Positions 45,308-57,400 of a DNA stretch of 64,000 nt are shown here, piece by piece (the first letter of the stretch is position 1; each line of letters starts with the position of its first letter). The notes under the pieces were generated by a model. The model was not told the origin of the DNA. It did not search any database and saw only the letters and a list, made by a program, of their open reading frames with translations. The position numbers and the translations under genes are program-made. The stretch is from an uncultured Gammaproteobacteria bacterium. GTDB lineage: Bacteria; Patescibacteriota; Microgenomatia; UBA10105; UBA927. The DNA is taken from positions 5,699 through 69,698 of the forward strand of contig CAYSEV010000001.1 of the NCBI GenBank assembly GCA_964430295.1. The letters run 5' to 3'.

Positions 45308-45493
45308 TTACCTCGTTTAGATTGTTATAAAGATCCAAACAATAGTAAATATTATTTATATAGCATTTGTTATTTATTTATATATATTGATATATAAAGA
45401 TATACTATAATCTTCATTCGCTGACCAAGTCCTTTTGCACTACATACAGTTATATTTAGTGGGAATTTTTAACGTTTCTATAATAATAATATA

Positions 45494-48400
45494 TTGCATG
45501 TTTTCACGGGATTCTTCATACTAAAAACTGAGGCTATTTTTATGGTCGGGATGCTTCAGTATTTATTTGCTTTTGTATCACATATTTTTACTCTTTTCAC
45601 GAAGCGTTTTTCTCATGGACTTCAAAGCAAAAAACACCATTCTATAGTTTTTGGGGGAATGAGTGGGATGGTCGTAGGATTCATTCTTTCGTTCTCGATC
45701 ATATATGGTATTTCACAGGATTGCAGATCTGCCATACATCAACTCGTCTCTTTTAAGCTTATTCCTGTTGTCCATGCTGCGCAAAACTGTCCTGTATTGC
45801 CGCCTGCAGAGGTCGCTGCCGCAAAAGCGAATGCGGTAAAGAAAGAATCACAGCTACGTGGTTTTGCTAAAGTATTGAATCAGCCGTATGCCATCACATT
45901 TTTCCAATACCTCAACCAACTTCTGGGAGGATCCTCAAAAACTGCTAATACTGCCGATAAGACCGCTTCTACACCTCTAGAAAATACTTCGTCCTTAAAT
46001 AACATTAGTGAAGATAAAGTACTTAATGGACAGGCTGCAAAAGAACATATATTGGCGCTCGCCCGGAAATACAAAGGTGTTTTATCAACGCAATTACTTT
46101 CCCATATTGAAACTGCAATTGGCGTCGGAATGCTTCCGAAAGAATATATGTCTTTTAATGATGGAGAAAAAATTCAATTTTTAGCAGGAGGGCAGAGCAG
46201 TGCTCTATTTACACCGGCTGTATTACAAAAACTTGCAGATTACGCACTTGTCGATCCTCGTATTGCTATCGGACAATTTAGTGAGATGGCAGCAGCAACA
46301 TACGCAGAACAACTACCTCAGGAATCAGATATCCGTTTGGCAATCGTCAAGTTGAAAGAAATGGGTGTGAATCAATATTCACTAAAGTTACAACTGTTTT
46401 CTGACGGTCAACCGTTATGGATTGTTAATACCAGTGGACAGAGTTTCGTAATTCGTGCAAAAAAAACAACAATACCAATCGAAGAAGTACGTTCAAGAAT
46501 TGCCTCGTTGGGAGATACCATACCTTTTACCTATGCTGAACAATTAGCTCCGGGTAAGGTCTTGTTATTTATCAGAAATCTTAGCTATGACAATGATGGT
46601 GAATATGTGAAGCTTCCGGAACAGGCATCATTTGTGGAAAAAGTGCTTGAACGATTCCGAGATTTAGGATTTGAACCGGATTTTGTGCATGAGTCATATA
46701 TGAATCTCCAAAACTTCATGTATTCAAAATTCTATGGAAAGATGTTTTACGTTGATCAGGACGTATTTGATGAATTACTCAAGTCTGATGGTATTAAACC
46801 AAATGATAAAGTTACGCGTGCCGTAAACTCGCAACTGGAAGAGCTTTCCAAACGAAGTAGTGTGAAGACGCCCGACACAGCGCCATCTTCAGTGACGCCG
46901 AATCCAAGCTCAGCGCTGAATACGGCTAAGCAACAAGCAGTTGTTTCACGTCTCAAACTGGCACTTGATGGTGCAAACAATGCTCTGGTAAACTCTCAGC
47001 GAAATTTCTGGTTTGCCGCTGTAGGAACTATTGTATTTGCCATCGGTATGATCGCAATTATGGCTACAGTGCCATGGCTTATAGTCCCCGCTGCATTGGC
47101 GCTTCTAGTAACAGTTCCTTCGAGTATGTTTTTGATTCCTAATTTCTATATGTCTATGGATACGAATAGGCAAACACTGCAATCCGCACAAGCTCAATAC
47201 ATAAGTGCACAAAATGATTTACTCATTCTGGAACGTTCTCAGGCATCTGCTACACCGTTAAATATTTCAAGCGAACAAGCTAAAGCCCGAGCACAGGAAA
47301 CACTGGATGCTGCCACAAAAGCAAACAATGTCGCGTTTAATAATCTGGTCTTTGGTTCTGCCGCTACAATCGCTATAGTATTCCTTGCGGTAGCGGTTAT
47401 GATGATATCGCCGGGTCTTTTTGTTCTTCCGTCAGCTATCGCGCTTGTCGGTGTTGTGCTCTTAAGTTCCTTTGGACTTTTTAGACTCTCTTCTAATTTC
47501 AACACTTCACTAAGTACCTTGCGAGGAACTCAACAAGTCGTAAAAACAGGAGTGTCTCAAGTAATATCTAAAGATAATCCATGCAAACCCACTGGTTTTC
47601 ACCTATTCGGTCAAGTATATGCAGAAGGACCATGTATCATTCTGAGTGTAGGCGGAGATCCAGTTGCAACAGCTAAAGAAGGGGAAAAGGGCGAACCAAT
47701 TCCGTCAACACCTGCTCAAATACTTCCAGGATCAACATATGTTGTAGGGACATTTGATGAACTCAAGAATGTAACAGAGGGGAAAGACTCTGTAGGAACA
47801 CAAATCAAAGAGATCCCGTCAGACCAGTATGTAAAGGTATTCCCACCAGTAGGAGCTACGGGTCCAAACAATCAGCCAATTCAACCGTTTGTTGTGGATG
47901 TGCCGACGATTTATGCAACGCAGCAGGCCAATCAACCAATACAGCAACAAAATTCTGGTGCGAAAGTTAACATGTCTGACTCATCACCCAATACCACTAC
48001 GACTATTCGAAATACCATTAATAGAATATTAGATATTCGCTCTTGGTTCCCATCTCCATATTCGATAATCCAAAATAACATTGTTCTACGCATGTTCGCT
48101 CCATTTATTAGTCCAGTTACCACCTCGATTAGCCCTTGGAGTATATTTGGACGGGGAAGATCTGAACCCATACAAGAAATTGCAAATATAGTATCCAGTG
48201 AAGAAGCACAACAATATGTAATCAGCAAATATAATGCCATGATAAGCGCGTTAGAAAGTGGTGCAAAATTATCATCTACTAGGACAACCATGATGAGAGC
48301 AGAGGCTATTGCGGGATTAATAGCAAGCCCTGCTGAAAATATAGATGCGGCTAATCGTCGATACGCGATGGCATTTATTCTCATGAATACGCTTGTTGAT

Positions 48401-51400
48401 AGAGAATTAGCACACCCTCGCCAGGTTGAACGGTTTTTCATGGTACGCACATCAAAAGGCATACGGCTTATCTATACAGATGGTAAAAATTTTGTGACGA
48501 ACACAAATCCAAAATCTTCGACAGAAAGAGTTGCAGTAAAGTATCTAACAGGAGGCATAAAAGAAGCTCTTGCATATATGCAGGAATATGATTCTACAGT
48601 TCAATTATCTGATTTTGAGGAAGTAAATTGGGATGCATCGTTATTTCCTTTTATGGATAGAACAAATATTGCTCCTGATAGTGCCAAAATACGTTCAAAA
48701 CGTGGGGTTGAAATAGCAGAAGATATTGTAAAGAAACTCGAAAATCCTCCGATTCCGACGGCAATAGAATTTGCAAAGGATAAACTCATGGAATTGCAGC
48801 CGGAAAAGGCATCTTCAGTTGATAGGGCACTGAAAGATATTGCAGTTGATATGAATGCTGTAGATGGTGATCAGGCAGTAAAGCAAAATGCAATTTATCG
48901 GAAATTCTTTGGGGATCCAATTTGGCAAAATTATGGTTTGGCAAAAGGGTATTTTGAACTTCATGTGGCAGCTCCTAAAAAATATCCACTCGAACTGAAA
49001 GCAAACTCAGACGAGTTAACTGACGAAAGTCTGAAAGCCATTCATGAATGGTACGAATCTCAGCAAACACCTGATGAAGCCCATCAAGAAAGGCTTAACC
49101 GTGGTGGTGCGCTCAATATGGTGCAAAAAATAAAAACACTTCTTGCAAAACTTGGTATAAAACTTCCTCTCGCAGAAACAGATCCGATTCACAATTCCGT
49201 TGTTGTATTTTCCGATGATCAGTTCAAGCTACTATATCCGGATAAAGAAGACGCAAATATTTTGGCATTTTATGACGAACGTCTCGGATTATATGTCATA
49301 CGGTCTTCTGCAAACCTCACCTCAAATCAGAAAACTGAATTGGAAGAAATTAAATTCATGATAGCAGCCCACGAAGCCGGTCACGATATGGTTCGGTACA
49401 TCGGTCCATTTATGACGCATGAATGGAACGAGGGCATGGCAACGATGTTTATGATTGCACTTCTGGTAAAGCAAAATGGGATAAGTTGGACAGAGGCGAG
49501 GGCTAAAGTGGTTGCATTTGTATCTCCTGAATATGTGAAGCATCTGGAAATGGTGGAGCAGAGTCAGTTTGGTTCTGTTTTGATCGAACGGGCTTTTGAG
49601 AAAGGATTTACATCAGAAACAGTTGCAGATGTATTTCTGACATTCTATAAAAAACTCCCAAATAAAGAAAAAATGTTAGCAGGTGCCACCTACGCAGATT
49701 CCACAAATGCGTTTACCACTGCTGTTACAAGTACTGCACAACAATTTGGAATTATTACCCCTGACCAAAAGGTCGAACTGTGGCCAAAGCTTTATACATT
49801 TTTTGTTGACAATACTGTCGCAAAAGACTTGGATCCTGATACAGAAGTCAAATTTGATCCGACAACACGATCAATAGGGAAAAAACGGGTCACATTACCA
49901 ATCTTATCTTCAATTCCTTCGTCAGAATTATTTGGCACGATTGCAGGGTTAGATAGAAAAGGGTATGCGCTGCCAAAAGCAGATTTTGACTCATTGGATA
50001 TTGAAGCACCAGGATATGTCCTGGCTGTGCAAAATGATTCTGAAGCAAAAGAATATTTGGAAAGGCTGTATAGAACATATCCGGGCGCAGCAACAAAACC
50101 AATTTTTATTTTAGTGGCCACATCACGAAGGACAGCAGTATCAGGAAACGTATTGTTAACATCAAATGGAAGTGACTTGCTGCGGGCGTTGGATACAATA
50201 TTTCAGTCATCAGGGCCTCTTCACGAGCTTCGGACGCAAGCAAAAAAAACAGAAGTAACGGAAATACGTCCAGGCGTCTATCAATTTGGATCAGCACTAT
50301 TCTTTGTAGATAAAACAACGGGTGCTATGGCAATGGATTATGCTCCTGATACATCGTTGGCAAGTGTGCAAATAGATGGTCGTTCCCTTGCGCAAACAGC
50401 ATATGTGTTTAATAACACACAGATTGGAATATCTGGAGTGGCGTATACAGTGACCACTCAGGGAAACGCAGTCATACTTATAAAAGAGAACGGTGAGTCT
50501 GTACAATTACCGATTGCTGCAAAGTCTCTTCGTGAATTTCCCAAAAATCCGGGACAGTCACCATTACCTGCGCCGGTTCTTCCTGCCACACAAAAACAAG
50601 CCGCTCAACCAGTTGTATCTGTGAAACAACCTGAGGCAGTATTGAAAAATCCAGTGAGCACGTCAGACGAAGCAAATGTGCTCACTATGAAAACGAAAGA
50701 CGGCGTTATAAAGGTACGACGGGCCGAACTGGTAGATGGCAAGCTGATAGGGCATGGAGCCATTATCTATGATGATCCTGCAAAACAAATAGAATATGGA
50801 GCAACAGAAATGCCAATCCGCATCATGTTTAATACAACAGATGAAAACCTCTCAGGTCTTACACAAGAGACCTTAATGAGGGAATTAGAGCGAAGATATG
50901 TGTATGCAAACGATGTGCTTATCGCATGGCATGGATATTTAGAGACAGGAGAACAGTTTGAGCCTGCCGGGAATACGGTACTTGAACCATGGGATAAAAA
51001 TGGTAAGCGGCAGATGATGATAGCTCTGTCACATTCCGGAACCGAAGGCACATATGTAGAGAATCCTGACTACACGGCAAAAAATCTAATAGCGCAGGTG
51101 GAGGCTGCAGTTGAATTAGTATCTGAACAAATTAATTATACAGATGAAGATGTTCATATTACCTTAATGGGACATTCTTTGGGTGGTGCTATTGCATTCA
51201 AACTGGCGGAAAAGCATGGATTGGACACAACCGGGGTATGGGCAAAGGTGAAGTATATTATGCTTACCCCGTATGTTGGTGATCCGAATCAGCTGACGCT
51301 GTTAAATGAGTACTCACTCATTCCAGGGGTAAAATCGCTTGGAATTTTACGGATCATTAATAGCTGGTATTTGCCGTCTGCACTTCGTCGTGGACTTTTG

Positions 51401-54400
51401 GCATTTGCACATTTCGTCGGGTTTGATGAGGCACTCTTTAGCGCAATGATGAGTTTGGATTTGAAAAAGATGGATGACGCATCCGTTCGATTATCGAAAG
51501 ATATAGCACTGAAAAATCTCTCTGACGCTCCCGTTGCTATTCGTATGACACAGTCTCTTCTGAATATAGGCATGGTAGAAAATAACGCTCCACTTCAGGA
51601 TCTGACACGAAAAAGCCGCATGGTTGTTTTTTACCCCGGCGTTGATGATACGCTCGATTCTGCAATTACAAGATCGTTTAACTTGAGCAGAGGGTTTTTC
51701 CAGGTAGGGTATGACCGGACGCATAATCCATCCACAGCCAGTTATAAATCACATATTTTTGAAGTAGTCCAAGGTTTATTTGAGGGTTTTGATATTCAAA
51801 AAACCCGTCCGGGTGTGTTTGCACAGATAGATCGCCGGTCACATAATTTTTATAAGGTTGTGTGGGATGGGTTAAAAATGAAGTTTAGCAAACTAAGTAG
51901 TACTGATCCCTGCACTCCTACCATTTCAGTTCAAATATTTGGTCGCGTATATGCAGCAGGGGAAAACTGTGTAATCTTTTACAGCAATAGTGAGGTTGAA
52001 ACACGTACAGAAAACGGACAATCTACTGGCATAAAACGAAATATTCCACAGTCTGGCACGTTCAGAGTGGTGACACAAGAACAACTTACTGATGAAGTAT
52101 TAAATCCTCAGACTACAGATTTCAAGTTTAACGGTAAGATATCGTTTACCAACTCTCTCGACGGACAGACTCAGAATAGGTATCTCGTTGTGTTCCCGTC
52201 AGATAATACCCCTGCATTTATCATCCGTATTCCTGATATCCATACACAGTCAGGTACACAATCAGGAAAAGTTGTATCTATAGATACTCATACAAATGTA
52301 CGATTAGATGGAAAGACATGGAAACTATCGTATAGTGCTGCAGACACATCTGCTAAATTGAATGGTATATCACTCGGTCAAGGCGATATTTCGCTTGAAA
52401 AAGGATCACGCAATACGCTGTATGTTGCTCCAAATTATGTACTCCTTATTGATATAGATCCTAATTCAAATGAACTTACCTATCAAAAATTGCCCTCAGA
52501 CGATCCACGCGTTGTATTTGAATCACTGGAAATCGAATCACTTCCTGAAAGCATTTCACCGCAAGTTCGCGAAAGAAGAGACGCCGCATACAAGGGAGAT
52601 CTTGCGCGAAGTATTTTGAATAATGTGGATGAAGCACAGGATGCGAGAATGATAGAGTTCCGTGATGGCAGCAGGGCATTTCCCAAAACGCCTCCGCATC
52701 CTGCATATTCGGGGGAAACCTCTTCGTGGAAATATCATTCAGAATACGCGCAAAAAGAATTATGGAATTCGTACTACACCTCGCTTGTTGCAGCACTTGC
52801 GTCAGGTAAATCAAAAGAAGATATAAAAGGAGAAGTGAATAAATTACTTGCTCAATTTAGGAATACTGCAAATCTGGAACTATTCAAAGAAAAACAAGCG
52901 TTTTCGGATGGACTTGTGCGCCAACTGGAAGCTCAGCCTGCAGAGGAGTTTTTACCATTGACCCTCGGATCTGCATTTCGTGAAATTTTGAATCGTTATC
53001 CTCTATTGAAAACCATCATAACACCGGATCAGTTAGCTGCACTCAAACGAGTTCTGATCGAGGAAGTGAAAAATGCATATATGTTATTTGCAGCATCAGG
53101 CTCAAATGCCATTTTGGAAGCACGAGGATACTTTTTCCCCAACCCTGTAAAGTCGGTTACTACCAATGAAAACGGATCGCTTGTCATAGATACACTAAAA
53201 AAGGATGAGGCAAACACTATTATAGAAATTCGAAATAAAGACGGCACCTATAAGAAAAATCCGGTTATACTTGCGGCATATATAAAGGCCATAGAAGAAG
53301 GAGCACAGTACATATCTTTCACTCTTGCAAGCAAGACAGATGAAGGATTTAATGAGATTCTCCCTGATTTAGCTGAATACGTCTACGAACACAATAGAAA
53401 TCCGAAGTACAAATCCTCACCGGTAGTACTTATGGTAGATGCTGTCCAGTTATTTGGACGAGCTCCAGAGTCTGAAGTGTTTCAGTGGCTGCTGGTGGAG
53501 GGGATATCAGGAGTCATCCATACGGGATCAAAAGCAGCAGCAGGTCCTGCACACGCAGGAATCACACATATATCTACCTACGGCAAAACAGTGACAGGCA
53601 CAGTTTCAACAGTAGATCAGTCTATTGCAAATATGACGACGCCTGCTATTGTACGGGCGATCGGAAATTTGAAGGCTATACGTGGCATGTGGGATTTGGG
53701 ACCGGCATTTCAGCTATACAGCCCGATTGCCGTAGCACTTCAGCGAGTGTATGATCGGTTTTTTACACGAATCGGACTGGTGCCGATAGGGGATGAGGAA
53801 GGTTTTCAGCGGAAAAATACATTCGGATCGATTCGAACGTATCGCCTTATGATGGGGTGGGATGGAAAAACAATTGTAGATGCAAAAAAGCTACTTGCAA
53901 CATGGTCTCCTGTCTGGCTCATGGGTGGAGTTCTTGAAGAAACTCCTCTGGCAGGACCACTGCTTCGAAATGGAATTCCAATCGGTGTTATGAAGTGGCT
54001 AAAAGAAACGGTAATCACACCGGAAGATCTGAAGGATCCACATATGTCTGCTGAAAAGGCGGCAAATGCTGTGGATGATGCGCTGCGACAGGTAGAAGGT
54101 CGTATGCAAGATGATTTGATACGACTAGCTGAGGAAAACGGCGTATATTTGCGAATTGCGGATGAAATTGCGCCCGTAGATCAAACTGAAGCAGCTGCGC
54201 AAGCGGCGCTTATTGCACTGGTCAATACAGCAGCAAAGCGAACAGGGGTGCAAGATGAAGGAGAATCCTGTGATCCAACGCAAGTGGGCATTCACATATT
54301 GCCAAGAGTATATGCCGCAGGATGCAAAACGGGTATGACCCGTAAACTCTACAACCAGCTTATTACCGGAGCAAAACTGCTGGGCACGAGAATGAACAGA

Positions 54401-57400
54401 ATAGTGTGGGGGAGATTGTTTGGAAAAAAGAATGTTTTTGGCCAATTCAAACAAAATCAAGTTCAAAATATAACTTCCCGTTCACGTTTATTTGTGTATA
54501 GTAATGAACAAATGAATATATCAAAATATTTCTCCACAGAGCAATTATCTGATTTTGATTCGATTATTAATAAAATACTTGATAATTATAATAAAACTGG
54601 ATCATATGATATTAGGCATTCATCACAACAAAAAGATGTAATCAATATAAATGACGATCTTACTGCGGAAGAAAAATACGGAAGAATGTTTGATTGGACA
54701 AAATCTTTTTTTATTCTGAAAGCACTCCAGAAATATACAAAGCTATATCCTTTTTATCTTATTGGTCACTCTATTATAGTAGCAAATGCTGCGCTATTTT
54801 CTGGGACTGACTTTGGTACATTTTTATATCAAAAGGCATTGCCATGGATGTATGCCACTGTCAGTTCTGATATCAAGCACACAGCAATTTTGATGATGAT
54901 TTCTTATATAAATAATTTATCAATAGCAGGAGAAATCGCTGACATGTCAGTATCTGAGTTATCTGAATTTAATAGAGAAGTTGTTAATACGTTCATTAAG
55001 GCATTTGATAGGAATTTTCAATTAGCATATTCAAACGCAAGTACAGGGTTAGACTCTGATGAGTTAAGATCCGATGCTGAGAAGAAAATACTACAGGCAA
55101 TAACTATAAATTCATATTTTCCAATATTGCCTCTCCCCAGATTCTTAACAGGGATGATAAATCAAAACGGCTTTATGGGACATGGCACAGGAGTAGCGTT
55201 TTTATCAAAAGCGTTAATAGTTGAAAATAGAAAACAAGCTATAAGTACATCAGTTCATGAAATGAATCATATGCAAGTCGATACGCAAATAAATACACCG
55301 GAATTAAATTATTATTCGCACCTTCCATATGGTTTATCAATGACCTTAGATGAATCGATTACACGACTGAATCAACTGGAATCAATTGATGCATACAACG
55401 AAAGTTATTATGATATTGGTGTAATTAAGCTACTTACTGTGTTAAAGCCGTTTTTAGTAGAAAAAGTTGGGCAGAATACTGCTGACCAAGTATTTGCACA
55501 GATTAAGTTAGGTGATTTTTCGACCATTGTTAGTATCTTTGGGGGATGGGACGCTTTTAGAGCGTACTTACAGGACCCAACAATGTTTGGATCGTATTAT
55601 AAAATTGATGAAATTCAATATAGAGATAATTCATCTGATGTATGGAAAAAAGTTAATTTCGAAAACGATCGGGAAATATTTTTATCTCAATCTGCCGAAT
55701 TATTACTCCCGAACGGTATTGTTGTACCAATGCAAAAGTCAATAATATCAGGAGTGAAAAAGAAGACCAATAAACAAATAGTAGACTCAAAATCTCGTAT
55801 TTTATACACATATGATAATGCAGATATTGCCGAAGAAATTGAACTTAAAGATGATAAATATATCCTTTTAAAGGAATATGTAAGTATAGGAATAAATATT
55901 ACTGACTTCTCTTCAAGACTTATTGTCGGTGCGAGGAAAAGCAAAGAAATACTCGCAATGCAATCAGAATATGCAGATCTATTACATTCATTATTTGTTG
56001 AACCTGACGATGTCGTGTCATCCATACATGCTAATGTCAATCCAATAGCAAAAACTATATATATGAGATCAGCGCACATAGATGCAACATGCATCCTTGG
56101 TCAGCGCCTCATTCCCCAGGTTTTTGCAGAATCAATTGGAACGGTTCAGACCAGTTACTGTGAATTCGCAGGCCGTGAGGGCTTGTTATATTCCCCAAAT
56201 GCCGTTCTTCGGGCGATGATAGGCAATGCGAATGGTCAGGTGACGCGTTTGACTGCCATTGCCAAAAGTTTGGCAGTAAATGCGGATAATCCTGAATTAT
56301 CTCCGACGGAACGGCGTATGTGGCATTTTCTGGGGCAAATCATCGGTGGTGATCTGTTTACGTATATGGAAAAACTTCAACAGACCACCGCAAAAAAAAT
56401 ACGCATATCTGATGCTCAAATGGAAGATTTATATGCGACATACATTGCCCTCTACCCCCATGTACGGGAAGCTATTGCCCGGAAAAACGAACAGGGTACA
56501 GTGACGGCCACATATGATCCTGAAGTCGTATACGCTGTATTGAAAAACACACCGGTAGAAATCCGTGAACTTGCGGTGCGCGCCGTTTCCTTTATGATGC
56601 AAACAGCACAACATGATGATGCAGGGAACATCATGTCCATGCCTATGGATATCGATTCTGTAGAGGGAAGGCGACATCTACATGATGCATTGGCCTATTA
56701 TAACGATCAATTCTTTGCATGGTTGAGTCTGGCCTCTCCTGACGGGTATCAACAGTATCAGGAACGGTTATCCGGCAGAGCTCCTAATGCTCTCCGTCGT
56801 GATGTGTCCGATGTGAGCTCACTTGAACTTATATTCCCAACCATACAAACGTCTGCATCCAGCGCATTTCCATTCTCCACACAGGTTGTAGGAAGTACTC
56901 CATCAAAAGAAACTATGAAGAGCCTCTATACCGTTGTAAATGGGGATACTGTTACAGCTTCCACTGAGACCATGAGTGTGATCCTTCGCGATCCGCAGGG
57001 GAGAACGGATCAATCAGAACGAATGTCAATCATGGCAGAGGAAATAGGCAAATATTTCCAAAAACATGAACTGATGCCGGAACATCTTATGGACGTATGG
57101 CCACAGGATGCGCTCAGATTTTTCCTTCGTGAACAACTGCAACTGATGGGAATAAAGAAAGAAACAGTTGAACTCACATTCGTGTTCAGAATAAAAGATG
57201 TAAATGGACAATGGATTGGTGTAGCGCTCACAAATACGGATGAACCGCTTGTGATAAACAAAGAGGGAAGTAAGGCTGTCCGCGCATCCGATCCTGCAGA
57301 ACTTGGCACAGTTGCGCTGGCACAGGTGGTGGACAAATTCAAAAGTGAATGGAATGTTTATTTCTATCCAATTCCTAAAACGGGGAATCAATACGTGATG

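Noticed and set aside
2582-45307. NRPS/PKS, RTX/MARTX, Rhs or intein-containing protein as the explanation for the length
   Set aside because: No adenylation, ketosynthase or carrier motifs, no GGxGxD nonapeptides, no YD repeats and no intein C1...HN-C/S/T pattern seen.
45305-45493. Stop-codon readthrough or recoding fusing ORF1 and ORF2
   Set aside because: At least two in-frame TAA codons and a non-coding-like AT-rich spacer. TAA is not reassigned in known CPR codes.
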